From positions 124,001-188,000 of the forward strand of contig CAXHJY010001150.1 in assembly GCA_964016885.1 (NCBI GenBank): DNA of 64,000 nucleotides, read 5' to 3'. Positions within the stretch are counted from its first letter, which is position 1. Each line of letters opens with the position of its first letter. Below, piece after piece: positions 13,691 through 27,316 of this stretch. A program made the translations under genes and the position numbers. The notes under the pieces were generated by a model. It had not been told where the DNA came from and did no database searches. It was given only the letters and a program-made list of their open reading frames with translations. The stretch comes from Eledone cirrhosa. Its lineage: Eukaryota.

Positions 13691-13959
13691 GAGACAACAT
13701 TTTTCCTCTTTTTTTTTTCTTACACTTTGCTCAGGGAATAAAGGTCAGTGCCCATGGCCCTTTTCAGTGCCTCCGAGATATGATGAGAGGAGTAAGGTAC
13801 CTTTAAACCGGTGACCTGGCCCGAATGCTAGCAACAGAGTAGACTGGGTGAAAGGAACCCATAAACCAGGTGGTTGTATTAAACCGGGTGAGGGATTAAA
13901 TCTACCACCCCAGTAGACCACAGCCGGATGCAAAGAACCGATGCTTTAACAATTACGTA

Positions 13960-14690
13960 CTTGCCTGTTATTTTATTTTATTGACCCCGAAAGGATGACA
14001 GATAAAGTTGACTTTGGCAGGATTTGGAATACCGCAAGGCATTTTCATGTCCTCATTTTGTAATATTTCATATTAGAACATACAACTTTTTATAAAGACA
14101 GATTGTTGGGTAATTGCTGGCCTTGTGCCAAAAGTAGAAACAATTATTAGTATAATAATAATTACGGGGTTGATAAAATAAAGTACCAGTAATATACTGA
14201 ATAATTGCTGGCCTTGTGCCAAAAGTAGAAACAATTATTTGTATAATTATTTTGGAAAAGATGTTTTTTTTATGCTCTGTAAACTCACCGTTGTTGTTTC
14301 ACTATAGATCAGCTCTAATTGGACAATTATGATCAAAGACAATCCAATATTGACCATCCTGCCTTTTCCAGACAAATATCCAGTAGGGCATGAATTGAAG
14401 CGGATTTACTTGCTATTTCTAGCAGGTCGTGTACTCACATAGTGTCTGCCTTGTTGGCTTAGAAAGTTGTAATATACTCCATTGATATAACTCTGGGCGG
14501 TGGAATGGCTCGTTGTGTCCTTAAACAAGACACTTTATTTCATGTACACTCAGCTGGATAAAATGAGCTGTGCCTGTGCATGTATCAGTGGAATGCTCAG
14601 CCACTTACACGTTAATTTCACGAGGAGGCAGTTCCGTTGATTGAATCAAGTGGATCCCTCACCGTCGGAACCGAGAAAGGTCCGACAATA
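13960..14690. mobile_element. Cluster of SINE fragments (Nin/Deu-like core and TGTGTCCTT..CAAGACACTTTA type)
   Basis: TTTATTGACCCCGAAAGGATGA..AAAGTTGAC and GCTGGCCTTGTGCCAAAAGTAGAAACAATTATT match other copies at 44697, 53570 and 60790. Confidence 0.7.
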
Positions 14691-15278
14691 TATATATTCA
14701 TATGTAAGTTTTAAACATTTACCCACACACATACATACGGTTATATACACACAATGATTTTACAAGCTAAGCCATATTACTACAATAAGAAGTTCCCTTC
14801 GGTCGCTCCCTGATAGTTTTGTGGTCGAGCCTGTGGCAGTTGAAGTGGCTGATCTAAGCATTTCACCCTCACCATCCTCTGTGGCAATGTCTTCTCTATT
14901 TTGTCCACCGGGACCACGAAGCCGACTAACTTTTAAACAGAGAATAGAACCCCCCCTCTCACACACACCCCCACACCCACACGAACACACTAAACAGTTT
15001 TTTTCTACTTTTACAAACAATTATACAAACACGTTTATCAACAGAAAGCGTGTATATAAATATCACAATTGTCTCCCTGTAAAACCATTTGTACATATAC
15101 GCCGCTGATCATTTATATGATTACACAGAAATAAGTTATACTAACACACATAGATATATATTTAATTTCTATATATATATAAATTTTGAGCAACTTTCTA
15201 GCAGAACCTGTTGGTTAATAACATGCGTTACGTTTTATAAAATTGACTTGGTATATTTGCGAAATAACTTTCTATGAT

Positions 15279-15348
<70 letters not shown>

Positions 15349-15349
15349 T

Positions 15350-15804
<455 letters not shown>

Positions 15805-16109
15805 TTGTAACGTCCAGTTACTGTAGGTTCACCACAGTGAGCATTCGATCCGTAGATTCCAGAGTCGGGCTAGATCGATATAGATCGAACTTGAGCTGAT
15901 CGATAGCCAAACGCGCGTCACTAAATAAACGTAATGAAGACATAACAAATCGTCCTTTTATATATATTTCCGTTCAGAAATAGCTGTCGAAACGGCCGGA
16001 GCTCAACCGTCGGGGTCATGACTCTTTTCCTATTACCCACTCTACTACCCATAGTATCGAGTATTCGGGTGCGTTATTGTCCACCTGGTTCCTTACCACA
16101 CTTCCTTCG

Positions 16110-16221
<112 letters not shown>

Positions 16222-16278
16222 CGAAGGAAGTGTGGTAAGGAACCAGGTGGACAATAACGCACCCGAATACTCGATACT

Positions 16279-17097
16279 ATGGGTAGTAGTGATAAAATTA
16301 TGTACATAGATAATGATAAACAAATTAAACAAAATAACAACTATTTTAATTATGGCCACAACCTTAACAACTATAATAGAAAGCATTACAATAATTCCAA
16401 AAGCCATAAAAGAAATAGAACTAGGAATATAATATGGTTTGCCCCCCCCCCTTTCTCACTAGACATTGGAACCCACATTGCTGAACTATTTTTTGAAGCT
16501 CTCGATGGTCGCTTCCCTAGAGCACATGGGTGTCACTCAATTTTCAATAGACATGCTGTAGAACTAACCTACTCATCCACCGGAGATTTGGCGCAGGGTG
16601 TTAATAGAATAAATAGCGGGAACTTGGAACCTAGCGATAATGGCATAGGTGGTGTCCAAGTTGGCGGGTGTAACTGTGGGGATAGATCTGAGTGTCCGTT
16701 AAATAACAGCTGCTTAGTTAAAAGTGTGATGTACAACTGTGGTGTTAAAACGGACGTTGGTTCTTTTGGCTACGTTGGTTCTACATCGACGGAATTTGGA
16801 CTTCGCTATAACAACCACAAGAATTCTTTCACAGATCCATCCAGGGAATCTTCAACAGCACTGTCAGGCGTACTCTGGCAACTTGGGCGTGGTAACGTTG
16901 GATATTCGACGACTTGGGGTGTGGTTTCAGGGGGGATTCCTTTTGATTCATCCTCTGGGACATGTGACCTCTGTGCGGGGGAGATGTTCTTTATACTAAG
17001 ATCTAGGGGTTCCCTTGGTCTACGGACAGGTTTGTTCGGTTGCTGCAGACGTAGATTGAACTCAACGTTTGAATATAAATTTAAATTTAAAATGTAA
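16279..17097 (+). pseudogene. PLE C-terminal GIY-YIG endonuclease region (Naiad-like), apparently A-to-G hypermutated
   Basis: [54 protein letters not shown]. Gly/Arg occur where sister copies have Lys/Asn/His. Confidence 0.88.
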
Positions 17098-18378
17098 TTA
17101 TGTTTGTTTTGATTTGATTTGTAGTTGTTTATGAAGCTGGCCGATAAATCTTTCGATTTCTTCTTTTTATTAAAACATTCTTTTTATTAAAACATTCTTC
17201 ATGGGTGGTTGGGCTGCCCTAAAGGCTGATGCTCCAGATATATCGAATTAGGTTTTAAACTAGATAAACTTCTATATTATATGTAGGAACATATGTAGAC
17301 CAGGTGGGTATCCTGGGCTTTTGGAGTGATTTCTGCTAGACAGGATTTGGTAAACAATTTTTGTTTTATCTGTTTCGACTCTGATGCTTATGATGATCTT
17401 GGCAATATGTTGTCAGTTAACTTTGAAAGGCTGATCTCTGTGTTTTATTTGTATTATTTTTTAATATTTTGTAATATTTTTTATTTTTAATATTAAATGT
17501 TTTAGTTTTCTGTTTATTTATTTATTTATTTTCTTGTCTCTGATATTTTTATTTTTATTTTTATTCTTATTTTTATTAATATATTGAAATCTGTTCTCTA
17601 TTTCTGCTTGATCGACAATCAGGTAGAATAAAGACAAGAATAGTATTGTTAAAATTAATATAAACTCTATATATATATGTGTATATATACACACATATAT
17701 GTATACTTGAATTTTTATAGCACAATGAGAATGTTTTCGTGTGAATTGGGAGTTTGTTTATAATTATGATATAAACATATGAATTTTTAAAAACTAGACA
17801 TAAGATCATTACTTTTCACACATTATAGATACATGTCTCATTCATGAATACTGGTACTTACATTATAATGCCTGTTTTATACGAACTAATATTTTCTACG
17901 GATAAAACATAGCGGTTTTAAATTCTGCATCGTTTATGTCTGGTTATGTTTCATTTTCTCTTTTTCATTTTCTCTTTTTTTCTCTCTATATAACGGCTAT
18001 TTTCTCTCTTAACTACATACATCTCTCTTTGCATTAATACTAGAGCTAAATAAATAAATAAATAAATAAATAAATGTATCAACCGATACTCAACTTCCTA
18101 ATTTCTCTATCTATCTCTATCTATCTCTTTCTTTTTTCCTCTCTCTATATATATTTCTCTCTGTTTCTTTACATGAAGTTCTTCTCTTTATCTATCTTTC
18201 TATATCCCTCTATTTAGTCACATGCATTTCTTCTTTTTCTTCGTTTCTCTTTCTTTCTCTCTTTATCTCTTTCTTTTTACAACTGTCCACAATATTTTTT
18301 ACTACCAAATCAACATCCCAAATGCAAGGTGATTGAAAGGTATGTCGTATCTATTTATTTATAAGACTGTTTATATTG

Positions 18379-18444
18379 TATTTTGTCTGAAGATGGCATA
18401 ACATATTGTTAATATGATATCCCTGAAATATATATAACGAAATA
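18379..18444 (+). ncRNA. Type I hammerhead ribozyme motif (family B)
   Basis: Stem I TATTTTGT/ACGAAATA, CTGAAGA at 18387, stem II CATATT/AATATG, GAAA at 18425, palindromic ATATATAT, cleavage-site TA. Confidence 0.8.
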
Positions 18445-18586
18445 AATATGGTTTTATAAATATAGTTTCCATTTATTTAATATCATAAATATACTCCAAA
18501 TACTTGTTGAGTGCTTTTATATCAGTTATAAATATTTACTCGTTGTTAACCCAACAATTTAAATATAACTTTCCATGTATAAATAT

Positions 18587-18625
<39 letters not shown>

Positions 18626-19353
18626 AATATTATACTCTTGATTTGGCCTGAGATGAATATTTCCAGATACCTTTTAAGCGTAACTTTCCGTATTTATTAT
18701 TACTATGAAATATTGATTGTTATTCTGGTATCACATCTCTGTTTTTAGCCTGAGAAAATACCTATATGTATGTATAAATAATGCATGCATATATTTATTT
18801 TTTAAAAATCTAATTGAGTTCTTCACACGCAAGGTTAAAATTGTTGAAAAAATTAATTGACCCGCGTGTATATTATTTTACATTCGTATGTTTCGCGATG
18901 ACCTCCCCTTTCCGCTTGATGACAGATTGAAATTTTTCATTCTGAGACTGCTGGAATTTCAAATTTGGCGGACATTTTGATACGGAGAGGACCATCGCTA
19001 ACATGGGAATGGACATCGGTAAGAAGGTTTTTTTTATATCGATGTTTAACGGGCATCCACTGATGATTTATAAGTGCCCACCTGCATATATTCCTACGGA
19101 ATGTGTGCAGGCTTCTACATAACCTGGACACATTCTCCCAACTTGTAGAAAACTTATAATGAAAAAATTGTTTGGAAAGGGAGATATATTTTAATTATGT
19201 CTCATATAAAATAATACAACTGGCTTTCCGCAAAATACATATAGTTAGCACCCCAAACGTAAAATTGGGATTATACTAAGGTATATCCTAATGTTTGTTG
19301 AGTGAGATGGAAGCCAGTCAGAGTATAGCTTACAGCTTTCTCTGTTAATGTGT

Positions 19354-19397
<44 letters not shown>

Positions 19398-19419
19398 GTA
19401 TAATAAACAATACAATATA

Positions 19420-19495
19420 ATTACCTCATTACCAGAGATTTCCCGAATACGACGAATACAAGAAACGTCCTCATTCGTTCGTCAGACAAGGCAAT
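19420..19495 (-). ncRNA. Type I hammerhead ribozyme motif (family C) in the 3' pLTR of a minus-strand PLE
   Basis: Minus strand reads ATTGCCTTGT-CTGACGA-stem II-GAAA-TCTCTGG-TA-ATGAGGTAAT. Inverted near-copy of 24265-24340. Confidence 0.8.
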
Positions 19496-20149
19496 TTAAA
19501 ACATAGTGAAATATTTGAAAAACCTCCTCAAGAAAGGCAAAAGTTTAACGGGCAAAAAAAAAAAAAAAAAAATTATATAAATAAAAGTAATGCAAGAGAT
19601 ATATAAAAATAAAATAAGGAAATATAGTAAGGGTATGTGTATAAATGTGTGTATATACACCTACAAATGTACATATGTGTGTATGTACAGTACAAATGCA
19701 TGTGTATAGTGAAAAAATGTGTGCGTAAGTACATACATGAGGGCAAGCATATCAGTGTATGTCTGACCACAAATACGTATATAATATATGTTGAAAAAAG
19801 AAATTGTAAGATAATAGAGTTAGCGTACATACAGACTCGGGGACTAGGGATTGAAATATATACACATACAAGTATGAAAACACGCGTATAAACACACACA
19901 CACGCGCAACCACATACATGTATGTGATATATACAGGGAAGGGAGTGTATCAGTCAAAGCAGTGTCAGGCTGAAGGTCGATTCAGATATAAAAAATGAAA
20001 ATGAAAAAATATATGAGAATAAAAAAATTAAATCAAGGAGAAAGTAAGAGGGAGGGGTTATCAATTATAAAGTAACACTAGAAAAAATAAATAAAAAGTA
20101 GAAAACATACGGAGGTTCGTACGCACATATATATATATATATAAATATA

Positions 20150-21897
20150 CAATATATTAATAAATGGAAACTACATTTATAAAACCATATTTATTTTATT
20201 ATATATATTTCAAGGGCAACCAAGGCAAATTATGGTGCGCTTTCATCAGATAAAATACAGATTTGTTTTATAAATAAATAAATATTGACATACCCGGAAA
20301 AAAAGCCAACCTTAACGGTTGGAGCTTCCTGGATAGTGGAGATAATATTTTATTGAGGGTAATACAAAGTTATGAGTGAGTATGCAAATGAGTGTCCGAA
20401 AAGTTGAAAAGATAACGGTTTATTTAAATTAAACTGTTGGAAGAAGAGGATATGTAAGGGAGAGAGAACAAAAGGAAGGAGAAAGAGAGAAGAAGAAACA
20501 AAGAACGATTATACATAGTGATAGTGAAGATAGTGAAGAGTGAACGAAGAAATAAATATTAATGGAAGAATATAGATATATCTAAGTGAAAGAAGAAGTG
20601 AAAGAAGAAATAAGATTAACGTGGAAGAATAATATTTAGAAAGTAGGGTTCATTACGTTGTGATTATAATATTTATAAGTTGAAAAATTAGATTAAAATT
20701 AAAAAATTAGATTAAAATTAAAAATTAAAAATCAAAATTAAAGATTAAAATTTACTTTAATAATAAAAATTTAATTTAATATTAATATTAAAATTAAAAA
20801 TTAAAATTAAAACAGAAGTATTTATATTATATTAAGATGTATTATTAATAATATATTGGTTTAGATGTGTATGTTATGGATTATAAATTATTTAAATGTA
20901 TAGTATTTTACATTAGAGAAAATCTAGTATAGTTTATTAGATTAAAGTAAGTTTGGCAAAATTATATTTATTAATAGTTGTAAGTCAAAACTTAAACATC
21001 CAAATAATTCCAAATTTATGAATATTTACGAGAGTTTACAAAGGAATAACTACTTAATTAGATTATAAAAACAGTAAGGAAGTATAAAGGAAGTTAGAAG
21101 TGATTTTTTAAGAACTCAAATGACTCCAAGGATACATAAAAAAAACTTTAAAAACATTTTTAAAAACATTTTTATGAGAAGTCATAAATGTTATAAAGTT
21201 AAAATTTTATCATAAGAATATAATTAAAACATAAACCATATGTTATTTTATAAGAAGTTATAAATTTATCTTAAGAATATAATTAAAACATAAACCATAT
21301 GTTATTTTATAAGAAGTCATAAATTTATCTTAAGAATATAATTAAAACATAAACCATAGGTTATTCCACATATATATAAAAATCATATGTCATTCCACAT
21401 ATATATAAGTATTTGGATATATATTAAAAATGTTTGAAAATATAAAATATTGGAAGATATGAAAATAATGGTTTTTCCATATCTTTCAAAGGAACTTTCA
21501 AAGGATTTACCAAGAATTTTCTAAAACCTTCAGAAAGTCTATCAAGGAAAATTTTTCTTAAAAGAATTTCAAGTAGTCATATTCTTAAAAGAATTTCAAG
21601 TATATTTATGAAATAGAGATAATAGAAAATAAATTAAATATATATGAAACATATATAGATATAATCTGAGGGATGAAGTTGTAGGTAGTTGGATATTGAA
21701 AACGTTATGTAAAGGAGATTAACCATATATTACATTTTATATATATCTAAAAGTTGAGTTTAAACGATGTTTACAAGAAGTAAATAAATTATTACGCAAA
21801 TTAATAGAGTTCTTACTTTTTAGTATAAAAAATATTTCTTCAACGCAAATTTTTAAGCTTGTTGAATCCCAACAAATTAAATATAACCTCTGCATAT
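20150..21897 (-). mobile_element. Nested 3' fragment of a family-B PLE
   Basis: C-terminus [37 protein letters not shown] (21737-21850), AT-rich UTR, hammerhead at 20192 and an inverted tail at 21850-21897. Confidence 0.75.
20192..20257 (-). ncRNA. Type I hammerhead ribozyme motif (family B)
   Basis: Minus strand reads TATTTTAT-CTGATGA-AAGCGCACC..GGTTGCCCTT-GAAA-TATATA-TA-ATAAAATA. Confidence 0.8.
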
Positions 21898-22031
21898 AAA
21901 TATATATATATATATATATATGTACAGACAAAAGCACATACATGCGTACATACATACAAAAGCGCGCATACATACACAAGAAGCCCATATATATACATAC
22001 ATGTACATCTAATCACACGCACGCACGCGAC

Positions 22032-22116
<85 letters not shown>

Positions 22117-22872
22117 TAAGAATAATGAGTTCTAAACTCAAGCAGTCCTTTACAATGAAATAGCTCAAAGAAAGAAGTATTTCTGAGCCGTGTAATACAA
22201 ATTAATATAAATTAATATATATGATAAAACACAAATACCAACATATAAGTGTTTGTATTGTAAATGACTAAGTTAGCTAGAATGAAAAATACTAATTATA
22301 ATAATACAGTTTGCCTGTCTCGATTTAAAATAATAAATCAATAAAAACAAACGATATTGGCAAATGGCCGTGGCCATTTGCCATTTGCCAATATATGCTT
22401 ATATATATATATACACATATATATAAGTATGTAAAAAACATAGATATAAAAACACACATACACACACACATATACACATACACGCGCACATACGAATGCA
22501 TTCGTATACATATACAAACATGTATACACACATATGCACACTTACACGCATACATACAATATAAAAACAAGCCGTATGAATAAATGAGTACAAATTATAT
22601 GCAAGTAAACATACATAAAAGCGGCTGAGGGACAACACAATATATCTGGAGTTGAAAACATAAGTGACATGTGATATCAAGTAGTGAAAGAAAATGGGGA
22701 AGTAAAATATGTAAAATTGTGAAGATATAAAGTAAGTGAATCAAAAAGGGGATGGGAGGGGGCGGATCACTGGTGGATGTGAAGTAAAAATAAAGTTAAA
22801 AATAAAAATAGAAATAAATCAGAAAGAGAAGTCTGTAAAGAAAGTAAGTTAAGGAAAGTGAAGAACAAGAGT

Positions 22873-24200
22873 TTATGGAGGATAAGTATCTGAAAGTGAG
22901 TTAAATTTATATGAGCTGGAAAGCAAGTGTAATTTCATGTGTGGGCAACTGGTGAAAATTTCTGATTTTGCATTTAGGCAGGTTTTTGGTGATTTAAGGT
23001 TCTGTAAAATCCAATATTTTTCACTTATGCAGAGTGTGCATCTTCTTGTTCCGCTTGCATATTCTTTAGATTGGTTCAAAATTGACCAATCTAATTTATA
23101 TTGGATACCTTGGTCTTTCAAATCCCATATTCTGCTAGCCAGAGCTGTTGTAAATCTTTTTTTCAGGATGTCGGAAAGATGCGACATGTGAGTAATAACG
23201 CGTTTTGAATTTGTCTTGTGTCATACACACATATCGTTCGCTGGTGGCTGGTAGGTTGTTGCTGGTGGTTGTCACTTTAGCCGCATATACAATGGCTTTG
23301 GTGTTGCATTTACCTTGTAATGGGCATTCACTTTTGACTCTACAGGAGCAATTTTGATGTTCTCTGGGTATTTTCTTATTGAGGATATAAGATTTAATAG
23401 GGGGACTGCAGGAGTAGCTCATTTTGACACAGTTTCTATTGAAGATCTTATAGTATCTATGTGTTCTAGGGAAATATTTATCTAAGAGCTCTAGGAATTT
23501 TTTGCCTACATTAGTTTTAACTGCTAAAGAGTAGGGGTGTGTGAACCAGATTATTTTTCTTTTCCTATTATTATGTTTAAAGGAGTTAGTATTGTTGGGT
23601 ATGTACTTAATCGGTTCGCCAAATCCGCTATTTTGAAGGGCTTTATTATAGTAGGGGGATGCCTTATTGAAAATAGCTTCTGAGGAAGAGAGGGTGGAGA
23701 TCCTACGGCTAATATTAGGGATAAGATTTTTAAAAACTATAGGAGGATGGCAAGAGCCTTTATTTATATATTTTAAATTTTCATTAGGTTTATAAGAAGC
23801 AATAGGCAGATCTAGGTTTATATCTAGAAAATTAACATTAGAAGGTTAGTGTCAATGGTAATTTTAAGATTAAAACTAGCGAAGGTTTTTATTAAGTCTT
23901 TCCTGAATCTAAGTTATGGCCTATAGTGGTATGGGAAAGTATTAGACCATCGTCACGATAAAGCCCAAAGGTATGATTAGGGAATTTTTCTTTAAGTGTG
24001 TGTAGGAGGAACAGGCCGACTAAATCACACACGTCAGCACTGTCAAAAGAACCCATTGAGACATCGAATGGGTTCTCTGGGCTAGATTTTTTTACCCAAG
24101 TGTCACTATTAGTAAATAGTAAAGTGTTTCTAGCATTCAAAATGACATTCTCTTCAATATCAGAAATATTGATAAACTTTCTAGCGAAATTTAATGCTTT
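22873..24200 (-). pseudogene. PLE RT + GIY-YIG ORF remnant (frameshifted)
   Basis: FDVSMGSFDSADVCDLVGLFLL, GLYRDDGL, CSCRVKSECPLQGKC, FKTRYYSH, TALASRIWDLK, CTLCISEK, CPH. Confidence 0.92.
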
Positions 24201-24264
24201 TTTTTTGCCCGTTAAACTTTTGCCTTTCTTGAGGAGATTTTTCAAATATTTCACTATGTTTTAA

Positions 24265-24340
24265 ATTGCCTTGTCTGACGAACGAATGAGGACGTTTCTT
24301 GTATTCGTCTTATTCGGGAAACCTCTGGTAATGAGGTAAT
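24265..24340 (+). ncRNA. Type I hammerhead ribozyme motif (family C) in the inverted pLTR
   Basis: 10-bp stem I ATTGCCTTGT/ATGAGGTAAT (with G-U pairs), CTGACGA at 24275, stem II CGAATGAGGACG/CGTCTTATTCG, GAAA at 24318, stem III ACC-TCT-GGT. Predicted cleavage after A24330. Confidence 0.85.
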
Positions 24341-24454
24341 TATATTGTATTGTCTATTATGTATTAAATTTAGCTCTGTAACTTACAAAGAGCACTCTTC
24401 ACTCTATGACTTTTTCAATTTTCAACGAAAACTTCAATAACCCCCCCCCCCTCC

Positions 24455-24510
<56 letters not shown>

Positions 24511-24672
24511 TAAACGGAATAGAAAATGCTGACAAATTGTTCACAGTGAAAAATAGTTTAATTAGGAATAAGTGATAATTAGTAATAGTATTGGTTAGTA
24601 TTAAGTTTTGGTTATAAGTTTTAAGTTTTAAAACCAATATATCATAACTTGTGTGTTACACCTCTATTCTTT

Positions 24673-24744
<72 letters not shown>

Positions 24745-24749
<5 letters not shown>

Positions 24750-25340
24750 AAATACGTCCCTCATCAGTGATTTGCCGAAGATCATAGATATTTCATTGCA
24801 TTAAAAATCATATATCTCACTTCGGTGCAATAATAACCAAAATAAGTTATTAGGACAATTAAAACGCGTAAAGCGAGTGAGACAGGAGAACAACAGAAAA
24901 TATAGCATACCGTGGGAGAGAAACAAGCTTCAAAAATTATTCTGTTAGCGTAAGCTAGGTGAATATATGAGCGCTTAGAGAAAGAATAGTGCCAGCACGA
25001 ACGAAGGCCATTGAGCAGAGAGAGAAAAAATAGCGTCCGTGAGTGCGGACGCTATTTTTTCTCTCTCTGCTCAATGGCCTTCGTTCGTGCTGGCACTATT
25101 CTTTCTCTAAGCGCTCATATATTCACCTAGCTTACGCTAACAGAATAATTTTTGAAGCTTGTTTCTCTCCCACGGTATGCTATATTTTCTGTTGTTCTCC
25201 TGTCTCACTCGCTTTACGCGTTTTAATTGTCCTAATAACTTATTTTGGTTATTATTGCACCGAAGTGAGATATATGATTTTTAATGCAATGAAATATCTA
25301 TGATCTTCGGCAAATCACTGATGAGGGACGTATTTTATTA
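24745..25340. repeat. 596-bp palindrome (295-bp arms, 6-nt spacer) between microsatellites
   Basis: Arms 24745-25039 and 25046-25340 appear to be exact reverse complements; spacer TGAGTG. Confidence 0.9.
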
Positions 25341-25366
25341 CATGTTACCATGTGCTACCTGCAGTA

Positions 25367-25509
<143 letters not shown>

Positions 25510-25709
25510 GCAAACATCACGAGCGCTCTATCTCAAAATTATTTTTGAAAAGCATTAGAAATGCGCAACCGGTAAAAACTTAAAACTAAATACTAACCAA
25601 TACTTATTACTAATTTATACTTATTTCTAATTAAACTATTTTTCACTGGGAAAAATTTGTCACCATTTTCTTTTCCTTTTACTAATATATATATATATAT
25701 ATATATATA

Positions 25710-26226
25710 TACTAACAGTGGTACCCGGCGTTGCACGGGATAAGGTATTTTGGAACGCGGGCCGCCAACAGACTTAATCGTGGAAAAACTGCATGCCTGG
25801 ACAATATGTAAAGAAAATAAACAGAATACTCTGATGGCTGGATAATCTTTAAGATTTTCCTCGATGAAGCAGGAAAAATGCAGGTTTTCACCTAATGTGG
25901 GCCCTAGGCCATAAAAAGTTGGGTTTTCTTTGCTCACGGTATGAAGAAGAGACTGACTAATACATAGTTACAATTTCAAGGAAATCGGTCTGATGTAACA
26001 CCTCAAAAAACCCTAAAAACCTGAAAAAACGCAGTTTTTCACCTAATGCGGGCCTTAGGGGATCAAAAAATTGAATTATGTGCATAACACTCCCTGAAAC
26101 ATAAGTAATACACATGTAAAGTTTGAAAAAGATCGGTTGGGTACTTCTCGAGTTTTAGGGATTAAAACTCACAGACACACACGCACACACACACAGACAG
26201 ACATCCTCAGTTTTATATATATAGAC
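25710..26226 (+). mobile_element. Non-autonomous Helitron/Helentron-like (DINE-1/Lep1-like) element
   Basis: 5' ACTAAC..CCCGGCGTTGCACGGG hairpin, AAAGTTTGAAAAAGATCGG, CAGA microsatellite, TTTATATATATAGA end. Confidence 0.55.
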
Positions 26227-27270
26227 TAGTAGAAAACCACCCGGTGGGCGGTTTTCTGCTAGCAAATCTAGTGTATATACTGATATTGTTGAGATTTGGA
26301 TGAGAAATGTTTTCGGCACCACATGTTCACCGTCTCTCGGTGTGTCTTTGATGCATGTATAAATATATATGTTATCTATACGGTGAAATCTTTGAAATAA
26401 ATATATGTTAAAACGAAAAAGGAGAAAATAAATAACTGGCGGTTAGAAAAAAATATTCCTATGAAATTTTAATCATACCATTAGGTGTGAATAAGGAAAT
26501 ATTTTTTTATTGTCAAAACAAATGTTCAAAAGTTAAACTTCAATTTTTAGAATTATTTCCAATTTTTTCATGAAATTGAACACTGGACATTGGCTGCTGG
26601 AAATGGAAATTAAATCGTATTTAATTGTATTTAAATTTCTAACCTTATTTTATTATTTATATTTTTTCAATAAGAAATAAAAAAAAACAACAAAAAAAAT
26701 TGAAGAAAAAAATTGAACAAATCAAACGTAGGTTATGGAACTGTGCAATCTGATTAATAAATTACCTCATCAGCAACAACCTTCTTATCAGCAGCAACAA
26801 CCACAAATTCAATGGCAACCTTCTTCAAATGGTCCTTATTATCAGCAGCAACAACCACAAATTCAATGGCAACTTTCTTCAAACCACAAATTCAATGGCA
26901 ACCTTCTTCGCATGGTGTCAAGTCAGAACCGCCTCGAACTGGTTACTTCTGGCTTGTGCAAGGTGTCTCTATAGCAACCAGCGATTCCCTCGGCCTCAGT
27001 GACCAAAGTCAGTGGAGAGGGGAAGGTAATGTTTCTATAGCGACAGTGTTTCTCTTGGTAGTACCAAAGTGGAGAAAGGAAGGGGAAGGTAATATTTCTG
27101 TAGCACGTGTTTTAGCGTCTATTCACTCTCTCTCTCTCCCTCTCTCCCTCCCGCTATCCCCCTCTCGTAGTCTGTCTCTTTCTTTCACTCTCACTCTCTC
27201 TCTACGCACGTGTTTCCACTGTCGGATAGACAGACAGAGAAATTGCTGGTTATATATATATAAGTAGATT
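26226..27270 (+). mobile_element. Second Helitron-like element abutting the first
   Basis: Starts with an ACTAGTAGAAAACC..GGTTTTCTGCTAG hairpin; ends GACAGACAGA..TATATAAGTAGAT. Confidence 0.45.
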
Positions 27271-27316
27271 ATTCAAAATATTAATAAATGAAAACCATTT
27301 TCATAATCAAAATATA

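Larger units (their letters stand above)
19410..24435 (-). mobile_element. 5'-truncated PLE (family C) with inverted pLTR at its 5' end, probably interrupted by a nested family-B PLE
   Basis: 19415-19555 is the reverse complement of 24200-24355. RT and GIY-YIG remnants lie at 22873-24200. Confidence 0.7.

Noticed and set aside
11694-13700. YRALEIEIE-repeat protein
   Set aside because: 27-bp minisatellite; the frame breaks mid-array.
23892-24254. N-terminus MKYLKNLLKKGK as the true RT start
   Set aside because: It derives from the inverted pLTR fused to the truncation point (~24200).
26735-27267. Gln-rich ORFs
   Set aside because: Short internal tandem duplication inside a Helitron-like element; no domain or splice support.
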